In this document: positions 27,233 through 40,548 of the stretch, piece by piece
Layout of the letters: each line of letters begins with the position of its first letter
How positions within the stretch are numbered: the first letter of the stretch is position 1
Source: Octopus sinensis
Taxonomy: Eukaryota
Length of the DNA stretch: 64,000 bases
Direction of reading: 5' to 3'
NCBI RefSeq assembly: GCF_006345805.1
Contig: NC_043000.1
Span: 149,668,001 to 149,732,000, forward strand
Program-made: the position numbers and the translations under genes
The notes under the pieces: generated by a model
The model's input: only the letters and a program-made list of their open reading frames with translations
The model's database searches: none
What the model was told of the DNA's origin: nothing

Positions 27233-29274
27233 ATATTTTTTTCATGTTTCCCTTGGTCCATTTTGCATTTGATGCAAATCATCATGACAGCCTTGAGGGG
27301 AGAAGAGCCCCGCAAAAGGGCTGCATCAAAGCAAAAATCAAACAATGGTCTGGAATGGGGTTCAAGGAGTCACCATAACTCAATAAATAAGGATTTATAG
27401 TATACACTATGAAGAATTCTTCTATACAATTCAATAAATTTTTGACACAAAAATAATTCCTCAAAACAACATATTCCCCCAAAAAAACAAAACACACACA
27501 CACTCATACCACTAAAAACAAACAAAAAAAAAAGAGACCACAAAGCAAATGAAACATAATTCTTTCCAAACACTTTTAATAAAATTGTTGGCCACCCTAA
27601 AATCCATTTAACACTATATATATATATATATACACACACACAGCTGATAATATTCTCAATAGAAAAGGAATTTGTCATGCATATTAAATGCTTAAAACTA
27701 CAAAATACGTGTTGTTTACTTATTTTTTGCTTATCAAATGCTTAAAACACATGTTATTCTTGTGATGTTGACACTGTTTTGTTGTCTTATGATTGCAGTC
27801 ACACACAGAATAACAGCTTCCAAATCCTGTTTTCTGACTGGGTAGAAATTATCAAACCTCTGGAAATTAAAAAAAAAATTTTTTCTAGAACAAATGAATT
27901 AGGCTCTGAGATTCAATGGGAAAAATTACATCAATTGATAACCAAATTTGAAAATTTAATTTTAAAATTACAAAATGTGCGACCAAACAGAAAAGTTACA
28001 AAACAGATATGTTATATCTGATAGGCTGGGGGAGAATTCTATCAATAAAAACACATGAAATGCTTCTAATGATTAAATTATATGTACTGTCAATTTATAT
28101 TTTGCTTTCTTTGATTAATTGTATTGCCTACGTAATACAAATATTGAAGTCGATATAGCAATGACAGGTAATAATCAGCCCAGGGCTATAGTAGAAGCTA
28201 CTTTCTCAAGGTGCCATAGTGTGGGACTGAACCTGAAATCATGTGGTAAGAAAGTAAAATTCTTACTATACAGCCACATCAGTGCCTATACCATGTCTGC
28301 ATCTATGATATCTTTAAATCTCAGCTGTCTTCCTAGCGCTTCCTTGCGATCTGCTTTTCATAAGGTTTACCATAAACTGTCCAATGGTGCCTGCATGTCA
28401 CATTTTTCGCCAGCCTCAGACCAGTTTCCACATTCAGTAACCATACTTCCTTTCTGTGTAGCACTACAAGTATGATATATGCTTCATATCAGTCTACCAT
28501 TTCCACAGAAAAAGTCTTTGCTTCCAAATTTCCATCACTCTCTTTTACTGAAATGGCAATACTTTTACGACAGATTTTACTACAATACTTCTCAAGTAAA
28601 ATCAGAAAAGTGTTTGCTTTTGTTATCTTTTAACTTTTGAGTTCGGAAACAATATATAATATATAATATATATATATATATATATTTATCTCACACACCA
28701 CACAGGATTTATATACATATATTTATATTATATATATATATATATATTATATATATATATATATGTATAACTTATAATCGAGGGTAAAATAAAAAAATTT
28801 CTAATGCCAAATATGCTGGAACTAGACACAACGTCCATAACCATATAGAAATTTTTTCTTTACCCTTGTTTATAAGTCGTTTATAAATCTAACCTTTAAA
28901 TGTATTTTTAACATGCTGGGCATTGATAAAATTTTTTTCGAAAAAATTTTATCCTATATCAAATGTATATATATATTTCACATACACACACATGAATTTA
29001 TATACATACATATATATATATATATATATATGCCTGCACCTATGATATCTTTAAAATATATATATATATGCATATATACATGTGTGTGTGTGTGTGTGTG
29101 TGTGTAATATTTGTTAAAAATCTTGGTTGTTAATATCACTTTGTATTGGTGTTGCCTCTGACATTTGAGAGAACTCTTCATTACAGTTTTCCCCAGTATT
29201 TATTATCGCAGAACCACAAGTGGCATTCTCAAAGGTTAAATTACAACTGGGACACTGGAAGAGAAAATAAAAGA
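27233..29274. repeat. About 2.05-kb duplication, copy 2 (higher quality)
   Basis: Collinear with 23942-25989 and carries the intact exon frame. Confidence 0.93.
29114..29254 (-). CDS. CCDC13: Probable next exon of the CCDC13-like gene, reading to a stop (CPSCNLTFENATCG...SDINNQDF*)
   Basis: Very strong acceptor (attctcttttattttctcttccag), phase 0 matching the upstream exon, only this frame open. An internal weak donor CAAA|gtgata is possible. Confidence 0.6.
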   Translation of the reverse strand, partial: CPSCNLTFENATCGSAIINTGENCNEEFSQMSEATPIQSDINNQDF

Positions 29275-29735
29275 GAATTTCAGAAAATTTCATTGTATAT
29301 TATTTTACATCTTCATTAGATCGTCTGAAATAGCTGTATGAGAAAATTATGAAAATATTAATTTAAGCAATGTAAACAGTAAAACTTGCCACGTTATTGA
29401 GTAAGTGAGAAAAGCAAGCTGGAAACCTGACATTGTTAAGTCATACGATACACAACATTAGGAAGATTAGTGAAATGAGTCATTATGTGTGCAGTATGGC
29501 AAAGTAAACTTAAGCAACGTGAACCAAATTCAAGAGATATAACTGCTGATATGGACAAGCAATACAATTCAAAGCAAGTTGATAACTAAGAAATGCAAAC
29601 ATTGAATTAGTAGTAGTAGTAGCGGTGGTGGTAGTGGTGATGTGATGACGAAGACGACAATGGTGTGATGACGACGATGGTGTGATGATTCCTTTCTTAC
29701 ACTTAAACATTACTGTTTTTTATGCTCAGCTCATA

Positions 29736-30134
29736 TCTTTATATATAAAAGTAAGGTTGAGTGCTGTCTGTCTCCTACGATTTAGATTCCTAACTTCTCC
29801 CACATTTTGCAGTGCAGTTTAACCAAAACCGGGTATCTTATAGTTGTGATTCATATCGAGCCCTTCTGGGTATTATCGCTCGCCTACAATGAGTCTACGA
29901 TTTTAAAAAAAATTTACCATCATTTTTTCCATTTTAATGCATTTTTTTGCTATTATATAAGGGAAGTAACTCTCTAAAAATGTCTACGATGAGTCAACGA
30001 TTTAAAAAAAAATTTACCATCATTTTTTTTCCAGTTTTAATGAATTTTTTGGCTATAAATCTCTAAAAATGCTTATATGGTTATTTCCCTTACAAACCCG
30101 AGATACGCCGAGCAACGCCGGGCGATACTGCTAG
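29736..30134 (+). mobile_element. Non-autonomous Helitron
   Basis: A|TC...CTAG|T, terminal hairpin partly duplicated. Confidence 0.9.
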
Positions 30135-30308
30135 TTATTTCTGTAGAGAGATGCCCTTTCTTGCCTACAAAGACTGACGTTCTCTTATTATTCAAACTAT
30201 ATGACTACACTACAAGTGCTGCAGAATTAACATTATTTTTTATTTTTTTATAATTTTCTACTGTATAAATTTCTATTTTTCAGACATAGTTTTATTTTAT
30301 ACAATTTT

Positions 30309-30722
30309 GGCGCAGGAGTGGCTGTGTGGTAAGTAGCTTGCTTACCAACCACATGGTTCCGGGTTCAGTCCCACTGCGTGGCATCTTGGGCAAGTGTCTT
30401 CTGCTATAGCCTCGGGCTGACCAATGCCTTGTGAGTGGATTTGGAAGACGAAAACTGAAAGAAGCCTGTCGTATATATGTATAATGTATATATATATGTG
30501 TGTGTATGTGTGTGTGTATGTTTGTGTGTCTGTGTTTGTCCCTCTAGCATTGCTTGACAACCGATGCTGGTGTGTTTACGTCCATGTCACTTAGCGGTTC
30601 GGCAAAAGAGACCGATAGAATAAGTACTGGGCTTACAAAGAATAAGTCCCAGGATCGACTAAAGGCGGTGCTCCAGCATGGCCGCAGTCAAATGACTGAA
30701 ACAAGTAAAAAGAGTAAAAAAA
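30309..30722 (+). mobile_element. SINE family A, full length
   Basis: Collinear with 303-716. Confidence 0.9.
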
Positions 30723-30759
30723 GAGTATTTTATAATGCATCATTTCTTTGTGTGAAAGC

Positions 30760-31305
30760 ATGTGGCTTAGTGCTTAGGATGTTTCACTCATAACTGTAAG
30801 GACATGAGTTCAATTCCTGGTAGAGTGTTGTGTCCTTCGGCAAGACACTTTATTTTACATTGCTCCAGTCCATTCAGCTGGCAAAAATAAGTTTTACTTG
30901 TAATTCAAAATGGCCAGCCTTGTCACATTCTGTGTCACACTGAATCTTCCTGAGAACTACGTTAAGAGTATATGTGTCTGTGGAAGGCGGCGAGCTGGCA
31001 GAAACGTTGGCACGCCGGGCGAAGTGCATAGCCGTAATCCGTCTGCCATTACATTCTGAGTTCAAATTTCGCTGAAGTCGACTTTGCCTTTCATCCTTTC
31101 GGGGTCGATAAATTAAGTACCAGTTACGCACTGGAGTCAATGTAATCGACTTACTCCGTTTGCCTGTCCCCTCTGTGTTAGCCCCTTGTGGGTAGTAAAG
31201 AAATATATATGTGTCTGTAGAGTGCTCAGCCACTTGCACATTAATTTCACAAGCAGGCTGTTCCACTGGTTGGGCCAACTGGAACCCTCATCATTGTAAG
31301 CAATG
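30760..31305 (+). mobile_element. SINE family C variant with a nested family B SINE (30985-31205, 16-bp TSD)
   Basis: TSD TATATGTGTCTGT(G/A)GA at 30969-30984 and 31206-31221. Confidence 0.85.
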
Positions 31306-31359
31306 AAGAGCCAGGCCATCGTTTTTTTTTCTTTATTTCAGGAATTTCGAATAAAAGTG

Positions 31360-33211
31360 GCTATGCAATTAACGAAAGAAGGAAGAGTGAAAGCAGTTCA
31401 AGTTCATTATCAAAATAACAACAATGGAGTAAAGCCACTCAGTTGTTACCAGCAGAATTTAACATTCAGCAAGTGGAGAGCTGAAACATCACAAGCTTGA
31501 TTAGAAAATGTGAAAGAACAGGAAGCATAACTGATGCTCCAAGAACAGGAAGGCCAGTTTCAGCAATAAGTTTAGAAAAGTTCAATGAAATAAGAGAATC
31601 ATTGTTGAGCACTCCTCAAAGATTTAGTGGATGTCATTCTTCAGAATTGGGTTTCAATGATAGAAGTGTTCATTGACTCTTCGAGAAGCTTGGGATGAAA
31701 CTTTAGATGCCTCACTTGTTAAAAAGCTTTCGTGAAGGAAATGCAGATAGACAAGTAGAGTTTTGTGAAATTTTCCTGAATAAAATCAACGAAGATGAGA
31801 TCTATCTTGATAAGATATGGTGGTCAGATGAAGCAACCTTCAAATTGAATGGGCATATCAATCACCATAACTGTGTGTACTTCAGTGATATTAACCTACA
31901 TTTTATCTTTGAAAAAGATTTAACCTGCCAGAAGTAACAGTTTGGACTGCCATTTCTTGCATGAGACTAATAGGGTTGACATTATTTGATGGTGCTGTTA
32001 ATCAAGATAGGCACATAAAAAGCGCCATCCGAACGTTGCCAGCGCCGCCTTGGCTGGTATGTTAAAAGCTCCAACCAATCGTGGACGATGCCAGATCCCC
32101 CCTCCCTGGCACCTGTGCAGGTGGCACATAAAAAGCACCCACTACACTCGCGGAGTGGTTGGCGTTAGGAAGGGCATCCAGCTGTAGAAACTCTGCCAGA
32201 TCAGACTGGAGCCTAGTGCAGCCCCTGGCTTCCCAGACCCCGGTCAAACCGTCCAACCCATGCTAGCACGGAAAACGGACGTTAAACGATGATGATGATG
32301 ATGATGATGATGTGCTGCATAATGAATTCTGGCTGAGAGATGGAAATCAAAACATTTACTTTCAACAGGATTGCATATTTCCCCACTATGAGTTAAGTGT
32401 TCATGAATGGTTAAATCTTAATTTTGAATGGAGGTGAAAAGGACAATGTAGAGCAATTGAGTGGCCATCCCGATCACTAGAATTAACACCACCTGACTTG
32501 TTCTTGTGGAATGTACTGAAAGATGCTGTTTACAGGCTTGAACTGAAGACAATTCCTGAATTAAAACAAGCAAATCCTGATAGATTTTCTGAAGTTAACA
32601 TAGAAATGTGTCAAATTGTCAGTACAAGTGTTGCTGGTAAGGTTCAGTATTACATCTTTATATATAAAAGAGAGGTTGTGTGCTGTCTGTCTCCTACGAT
32701 TTAGATTCCTAACTACTCCCACATTTTGCGGTGCAGTTTAACCAAAACCGGGTATCTTATAGTCGTGATTCATATCGAGCCCTTCTAGTGCACGTCTACA
32801 ACGAGTCTACGATTTAAAAAAAAATTTACCATCAATTTTTCCCATTTTTAATGCATTTTTGGCATATATAAGGGAAGTAACTCTCTAAAAATTTATTATT
32901 AAATCTCAGAACGTAAAAAGCTACAGTAACCCCCCCCCCTTGTGGTTAGCCATATTGAGATGGCTATTATACTTTACATCTCTAAAAATGCTTATATAGT
33001 TATTTCCCTTACAAACCCGAGCAATGCCGGGCGATACTGCTAGTTGAATATAAAGGAGAGCATTTTGAATATATCAATTAGTTGGTTAATCATAACAGAT
33101 CATGTTCTTTAAATTAGACAATACTTATAAACTTCCTTAAGTTATTATAATTCATTTTCATTCAATAAAAATTAATAAATATAAAAAGGGCATTACTTTT
33201 GCTGCACCCTG
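31360..33211 (+). mobile_element. Decayed Tc1/mariner DD41D (rosa-type) transposon with nested RTE fragment (about 32010-32312) and Helitron
   Basis: IWWSDEATFKLNGHIN (D1); FQQD followed by 41 codons to SLELTPPD (D2-D3 spacing counted); 3' TIR-like ...TTTTGCTGCACCCTG. Confidence 0.85.
32655..33043 (+). mobile_element. Non-autonomous Helitron inserted in the transposase 3' end
   Basis: A|TC...CTAG|T; removing it restores the YI-EYKGEHFE reading. Confidence 0.92.
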
Positions 33212-33419
33212 TTTTACTGTATCGCCCCCTAGTATTAAATATGTAATTTAAACATACCATCTGACCCATAAGAGAAAGAAGAGCACTCTCTGCATTTCAT
33301 TTTATGGTTGTTCAAATTTTGGGCTTCTTCAAAACATCTGCTTGAGATTCTATAACTCCTTTTATGCACCTACCATTTGCAATACTGAGTTTCTTCATGC
33401 ATACAGTGATAATTGTATA

Positions 33420-33791
33420 CATAAAAAGCACCATCCGAACGTGGCTGATGCCAGCGCCGCCTCGACTGGCTACTGTGCCGGTGACACATAAAAAGCACCA
33501 TCCGAACGTGGCCGATGCCAGCGCCGCCTTGGCTGGCTTCCGTGCCGGTGGCACATTAAAAGCACCAACCGATCGTGGCTGATGCCAGACCCCCCCTGGC
33601 ACCTGTGCAGGTGGCACGTAAAAAGCACTCACTACACTCGCGGAGTGGTTGGCGCTAGGAAAGGCATCCAGCTGTAGAAACACTGCCAGATCAGACTGGA
33701 GCCTGGTGCAGCCTCCTGGCTTCCCAGACCCCGGTCGAACCGTCCAACCCGTGCTAGCGCGGAAAACGGACGTTAAACGATGATGATGATT
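33420..33791 (+). mobile_element. RTE 3'UTR fragment ending a few bases from a CCDC13 donor site
   Basis: Three hairpin modules, the conserved 3' block and a (GAT)n tail ending about 33791; the donor is at 33799-33804. Confidence 0.9.
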
Positions 33792-33804
33792 CTATTTTAC
33801 TTAC

Positions 33805-34008
33805 TTCTTGAAATAACGACTGGTTCATTTGGTCTTCAAGGAGTTTCAACTTTTTGTCTTTTTCCTCTATAATCATCTTTAACTGGTTCACAAGATTATC
33901 GTTGTTCTGTTTTTTCACAACCATCTCACCCATCTGCTGATGTAACGATTCTGGCTTTGAGATACGAATGTTATTTTCAATCATCTCTTTCATGCGACCG
34001 TGCTGATT
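33805..34008 (-). CDS. CCDC13: Coiled-coil exon of a CCDC13-like gene (NQHGRMKEMIE...LVNQLKMIIEEKDKKLKLLEDQMNQSLFQE)
   Basis: 204 nt, phase 0-0, acceptor ttttattctag, donor GAA|gtaagt. Resembles recalled human CCDC13 LVAQLQAMVAEREAKVRQLEMEI. Confidence 0.85.
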
Positions 34009-34354
34009 CTAGAATAAAATTGAAGAAAATTAACTATACCGTCACTTAGCGGTTCAGCAAAAAGAGACCGATAGAATAAGTACTGGGCTTACAAAGAATA
34101 AGTCCCGGGGTCGATTTGCTCGACTAAAGGCGGTGCTCCAGCATGGCCGCCGTCAAATGACTGAAACAAGTAAAAGAAAAAAAAAAGAAAAAAAAAATTT
34201 CATATTGTGTTTTTATGAACAATGTCATTTTTGCTTCTGTTGAGCTAATGGGATTTACATAACTACATTCATTCTTTTAAATAAAAAAGAAAAGAAAACT
34301 GCATGTTGTTGACCAAGTTCAACTGGGACCTCAAAAGGAGGAATATAGACTATT

Positions 34355-35130
34355 CTATTTACTGGGTTTATTATAAATAGTGCTCTTCTTGGACCATGAT
34401 CGTTTTCGATTAATGTGAATGTAGACAATCCATTTATCATGACCAGTGAGAATTCGTTTCAAAAAACGGTCGATTTCATTGCGTTTGAGATGCATATCGC
34501 AAATATTAATTCGATGTGTTAAGTGAATCTCTTTCAATTTATGGGGAACCGAAATATCGAGTGTCTTAACGAGTCCAAGACATTTTAAGTAATCCTCAGT
34601 TGTTGTGTGTGATACATTTAACCTCTCTGCAATCTCTCGCACAGCTATATGACAATCAAATTCAATTATGGCTTTGATTTGGTCATCATCAACTTCAGTA
34701 AGTCGTCCAGAACGTTGGTCATCTTTGAGTGAAAAATCTCCAGAACGGAATTTTTAAAAACCATTTCCGACATGTGTGTGAAGCAATCAACATCATAAAC
34801 TTCACATATCTCTTTGTGAGTCTCAGCAGCTTTCTTGTCTTTACGAGAATAAAAGAGCAAAATATAGCAAAAATGTTCGTTTTTGCACTCCATGTTAAAA
34901 TTGACACTGAACTAACAGCTGTAAACAAATTTACGTGCAATTTGTTTCTAAAGTAAGCTAAAAATAATGGCTATCAAATATCAAAAGGAAAAAAAAATAA
35001 CATTGACAAAAGTCATTCAAAAGAATCGTAACTATCCTTAAATCCTTTAAAATGTTTTAGCCCGAAGGCCGCGGCCATGCTGGGACACCACCGCTGTGAA
35101 AAACCAAATTACTTTCTTGCCAACCCAATA
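34355..35130 (-). mobile_element. Decayed mariner transposon (5' TIR, HTH and start of catalytic domain)
   Basis: TIR TATTGGGTTGGCAAGAAAGTAATT at 35130; REIAERLNVSHTT...VPHKL...FLKRILTGHDKWIVY; frameshifted. Confidence 0.9.
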
Positions 35131-35975
35131 TATATATATATATTGTATTTCGGGATTCATTTTATCTAGTTTCAGCTCATGAGCTGTGGCCATGCTGGGG
35201 CACCGCCATTCAAATAAAGTGTGTGAGACAGCGCCAGTGGTTTCAAGGTATGAAGAATTCAACGAGAGTTCAGATTAACGAAGTAACCACACGGCTAAGC
35301 CCACACGTACATTTTTTTTTCTTTTTTGGCAAATACGACACTTAGACAGATTACAGAGGCTACACACATAACAGTAGACAGACCGAGCCTAAATAGAAAA
35401 CACGAATATAGCAGTAACACCCACCACCACACCACATTACTAACGACAGTTAGAGATGACAAGAGAGAGGGAAAATTCCTAAATAATACACAGAAGCATA
35501 CAGGGTAATACACACACAATAAACATATATGCACTGACCGGTGATACTTATCAGAAATAGAGACAGATGTATAAAACAAAGTATATAAATAAACACATAA
35601 ATAGATGAATAAATATATAAACATTTATCACATACCCGTGTTATATGTAAGGCAGATATAGATAAAATAAATGAAATTATATAAAGGGCATGCATACATA
35701 CGAAGCAAACCCATACACACACACGTGAAACTTCACGGACAGCCAAAACAATGTCAACAACACAACTAACATGGTCAAAAGCAGCGGCGGTGCCAATGAT
35801 GGTAATAACAACAACAACAACTACCACGGCACCAACACCATGGGCGAACACACATACTCAGAGGAATACAGGAACTGTACCGTTTTTTTAGGTCTTAGGA
35901 CAGCAGCAGCGCAATAGGGTGAGAGGATGGGGCTGAGGGGAAGGTCACACTGCTGCTAAAAACTATAACATACAC

Positions 35976-36176
35976 CAGTGGTTTTCAACCAGGGTTCCGC
36001 CAGTACAGTCCAGGGGTTCCGCAAGAAGTTACAAAACTGCTAAAATCGGCAGTAATTTTTAATTCTCCTGTGCAGATATGTGTGCATAAGACTATTAAAT
36101 TATTGCACAGGGGTTCCTCGAGCCACTGGAATGTTTCCTTGGGGTTCCGCTCCAGCAAAAAGTTTGAAAAGCACTG
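35976..36176. mobile_element. hAT-type MITE
   Basis: CAGTG...CACTG termini, internal GGGGTTCCGC repeats, 8-bp TSD ACATACAC/ATATACAC. Confidence 0.85.
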
Positions 36177-36330
36177 ATATACACACAAGCATGCATACAT
36201 ACACACACATGCATACACAACGTATACACACACACAAACAAGGATACAAATGCATGTGCACATAAGGATGCACATCTTTGAAGAACAGAATGAAGTGGAG
36301 CATGAACACACACGAAAATGAAAAGTGTTG

Positions 36331-36358
36331 CTGAAGAGGTCACAGATGTGTGACGAAA
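36331..36358 (+). ncRNA. Hammerhead-like core in a Penelope-like terminal repeat
   Basis: CTGAAGA-G-GTCACA GATG TGTGAC-GAAA with a perfect 6-bp stem II; stems I and III are not convincing. Confidence 0.35.
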
Positions 36359-36547
36359 GATTTCTGGATAATGGACAGGAGTTAAAATAATAAAATAAGA
36401 GCAGTAATAAATGAGTTAAGAAAATATATATATAGTGCGTGTATTTATTTGGCAAAAATCCCCCAAAATTGACCATCCCGAAATACAACAATATCTGTTT
36501 CAACACACGATTTCACGTCAGGAATCTTGCAAAACAAATTGATAAAC

Positions 36548-36593
<46 letters not shown>

Positions 36594-36901
36594 TGTTGCT
36601 ACACATCGCTAGTCACAATGCGCTTCGCATTGTTTTAGCCTTCAAATGACGCCACCCCACTGGCTAAGCGAGCAGGCCAACAGAAGAAAGAGTGAGAGAA
36701 AGGTGTGGCGAAAGAGTACAGCAGGGATCGCCACCACCCCATGTCAGAGACTCGTGGAGCTTTAGGTGTTTTTGCTCAATAAACACTCACAACGCCCGGT
36801 CCATGATCCTACGACCGCGAGTCTGCTGCCCTAACCACTGGGCCTTTGCGCCTCCATATACACACACACACAACACACACACACACACATATATATATAT
36901 A

Positions 36902-37215
36902 TCATCATCATCATCATCATCATCGTTTAACGTCCGCCTTCCATGCTAGCATGGGTTGGACGGTTCAACTGGGGTCTGGCAAGCCCGAAGGCTGCACCAG
37001 GCCAGTCAGATCTGGCATTGTTTCTACAGCTGGATGCCCTTCCTAACGCCAACCACTCCGAGAGTGTAGTGGGTGATTTTATGTGCCACCGACACAGGTG
37101 CCAGACGAGGCTGGCAGACGGCCACGCTCGGATGGTGTTTTTTGTGTGCCACCGACACAGGTGCCAGACGAGGCTGGCAGACGGCCACGCTCGGATGGTG
37201 TTTGTTACGTGCCCT
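36902..37215 (-). mobile_element. RTE 3'UTR fragment, same subfamily as 47168 and 54721
   Basis: Diagnostic GGTTCAACTGGGGTCTGG and two 62-bp modules. Confidence 0.9.
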
Positions 37216-37853
37216 ATATGTATACAAAATGAGAAAATGGAGAAATATATCTAAATCAATCATCAACTATCAGATAATACCGAATCATCTACTTTATTAA
37301 AACACTACACAATAGCAAAGAGATTAGACATAGTAGATACAGTACAATAATTACAATCAATATGGTGAGATATAACTAAATAAATATAACAAGATATGAA
37401 AATACATATATATATATATATATATATATCAACACACTTTCAACCCTAATAGCTGAAACATGTATAATGCAGAAACATATATAGTTATTTGGTTAAGATT
37501 TTTTAAAATGTGAAATTGATTGGTATGTAAATATACTAAGGCTTTCATATATAAACAAGAAAATGATAAGTACAAAATTCAACAATAATGTTTCTGTTTA
37601 TTGAAAACATCACTAAAGTGTTTACACACCATTCATGTGTGTGTGTATATACATATATATAAGAAGTAGAAAAATGACACATACATACATACAAACATAT
37701 ATACATTCATATATATATATATGATAGAAATATATATTTATTTTATATATATATGCATTATATATACATATATTTATATGATAGAAATATATATTTATTT
37801 TATATATATATGCATTATATATTCATATATATATATATATTATATATATATAG

Positions 37854-37941
<88 letters not shown>

Positions 37942-38498
37942 ATATATATATATATATACATACATATATATTATATATATTATATATATATATATTATAT
38001 ATATATACAATTTATATATATACAATTTATATATATACACATACACACACAGTACTGACCATGCTGAAGACATTTCAATTGTGTTTTGGAACACCATAAT
38101 TCACTTAGGTAGAAATTTTCTATGGACCAAAAACATAGTCAGATTTTATTTTTTTCATATATTTCTTGGGGGAATTTCTGCACCTGCTAATTTGAAGTGG
38201 TTAAGAGGTGTCAGGTGAAAATGAAGTGTCAGGTGGAGGTGGGAAGATAAAACCCCGTGGTGATGAGATGTCAAGGTGGAGCTCCAAGGTATGAACTGAG
38301 TAAAAGTGCGTGAGGACAGTAGAATGAGAAGTGTAAGTGAGAAGAGGTTGAAGAACATATGAGGAGAGTGAGGGATTGTTAGATCTGGAGAATGGACAAG
38401 GATGTGAATATAAGGAAGTGTTGATGGAATGACAACACACTTACCCTATCAAACATTGGCAGAAAAGAAGCATGGATGTGCTACTACAATAGGTTTAA

Positions 38499-38665
38499 CC
38501 CTTTAATGTTTAAACCGGCCATATCCAGCTCAAATATTCCAACTGTTTTATGTTCAAACTGGCAAGATTCAGATTTGGAGGAAGATTTTAATTCAAAACT
38601 TATGAAAACAAGACATTTATACTAAAGAGCCAGAGCCGGTTTCAGCCGGGTTGGTAATGAAAGGG
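38499..38665. mobile_element. piggyBac-type MITE, chimera of two MITE families
   Basis: TTAA|CCCTTT...AAAGGG|TTAA. The left part matches the end of 57077-57296 and the right part matches the start of 43795-44014. Confidence 0.8.
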
Positions 38666-38835
38666 TTAAGGTTAACTGCTATAAGTGCATCTGTGGTGTG
38701 GATGGCATAGATTCATTAGTAGAATTTAAAAAATAGATTCTAGGTATAGAAAAAAATTAAGAACTGAGATGCCTTGAGGTTAACTTAGCAAAGACTAAAG
38801 TATTAATGAGGAGAGAAGGCAGGATCCCTTATACC

Positions 38836-39613
38836 TATTTCTTTATTACCCACAAGGGGCTAAACATAGAGTGGACAAACAAGGACAGACAAAGGGATTA
38901 AGTCGATTATATCAACCCCAGTGCATAACTGGTACTTAATTTATCGACCCCGAAAGGATGAAAGGCAAAGTCGACCTCGGCGGAATTTGGACTCAGAACG
39001 TAACATCAGACGAAATAAGTATTTCTTTACTACCCACAAGGGGCTAAACATAGAGTGGACAAACAAGGACAGACAAAGGGATTAAGTCGATTATATCAAC
39101 CCCAGTGCGTAACTGGTACTTAATTTATCGACCCTGAAAGGATGAAAGGCAAAGTTGACCTCGGCGGAATTTGAACTCACAACATAATGGCAGACGAAAT
39201 ACGTATTTCTTTATTACCCACGAGGGGTTAAACATAGAGTGGACAAACAAGGACAGACAAAGGGAATAAGTCGATTATATCAACCCCAGTGCGTAACTGG
39301 TACTTAATTTATCGACCCCGAAAGAATGAAAGGCAAAGTTGACCTCGGCGGAATTTGAACTCACAACATAATGGCAGACGAAATACGTATTTCTTTATTA
39401 CCCACGAGGGGCTAAACATAGAGTGGACAAACAAGGACAGACAAAGGGAATAAGTCGATTATATCAACCCCAGTGCGTAACTGGTACTTAATTTATCGAC
39501 CCCGAAAGGATGAAAAGCAAAGTTGACCTCGGCGGAATTTGAACTCACAACATAATGGCAGACGAAATACTGCTAAGCATTTCGCCCGGCGTGCTAACGT
39601 TTCTGCCAGCTCA
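38836..39613 (-). mobile_element. Tetrameric SINE (family B), 184-bp period, single 16-bp TSD
   Basis: Units start at 38836, 39020, 39204 and 39388. TSD CAGGATCCCTTATACC at 38820-38835 and 39614-39629. Inserted in an RTE RT remnant. Confidence 0.93.
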
Positions 39614-40081
39614 CAGGATCCCTTATACCATCAGGAAAATGACCATGCTGAGTGTCTTTTGTAGTTAAGAATGTCATATAGTGCCCAGTAGGTAGGAATT
39701 CCATGTAGCATAGTCAGTGTAAACTACGGACATGCAAGCAATGTCGTGGGGCCACTAGTAGGTTGATGCAGAAGGCAGACTTAGTATGCAGCAGATGTAT
39801 AAAAGGTCAGCAAGTATCACATTTGTTTGTTTCAGTTATTGGATTGTGGCCATGCTGGGGCACTACTTTGAAGGGTTTAACTGAACAAATTGACCCCCAG
39901 TACTTATTTTTTTTAGAAGACTGGAACTAAAAGAAGTTCGCTTCCCAACCACATGGTTCTAGGTTCAGTCCCACTGCATGGTACCTTGGGCAAGTGTCTT
40001 CTACTATAGTTTCAGGCTGACCAAAGCCTTATGAGTGGATTTAGTGGGCAGAAACTGAAAGTAGCCAGTCATAAATATATA

Positions 40082-40489
40082 TCTCTTACTCTCTTATACT
40101 TGTTTCAGTCATTTGACTGCGGCCATGCTGGAGCACCGCCTTTAGTCGAGCAAATCGACCCTGGGACTTATTCTTTGTAAGCCCAGTACTTATTCTATCG
40201 GTCTCTTTTGCCAAACCGCTAAGTGACGGGGACGTAAACACACCAGCATCGGTTGTCAAGCAATGCTAGGGGAACAAACACAGACACACAAACATATTCA
40301 CACACACTTATATATATATACATATATACGACAGGCTTCTTTCAGTTTCCGTCTACCAAATCCACTCACAAGGCATTGGTCGGCCCGGGACTATAGCAGA
40401 AGACACTTGCCCAAGATGCCACGCAGTGGGACTGAACCCGGAACCATGTGGTTGGTTAGCAAGCTACTTACCAAACAGCCACTCCTGCG

Positions 40490-40491
<2 letters not shown>
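40082..40491 (-). mobile_element. SINE family A, full length
   Basis: Reverse complement of the 303-716 type. Confidence 0.9.

Positions 40492-40548
<57 letters not shown>

Noticed and set aside
24942-28475. Identical short ORFs in the two duplicate copies (…HSVGLNLKSCGKKVKFLLYSH…)
   Set aside because: They are the antisense of a SINE fragment plus an RTE C-terminal remnant (GRQLRFKDII on the minus strand), and the identity only reflects the duplication.
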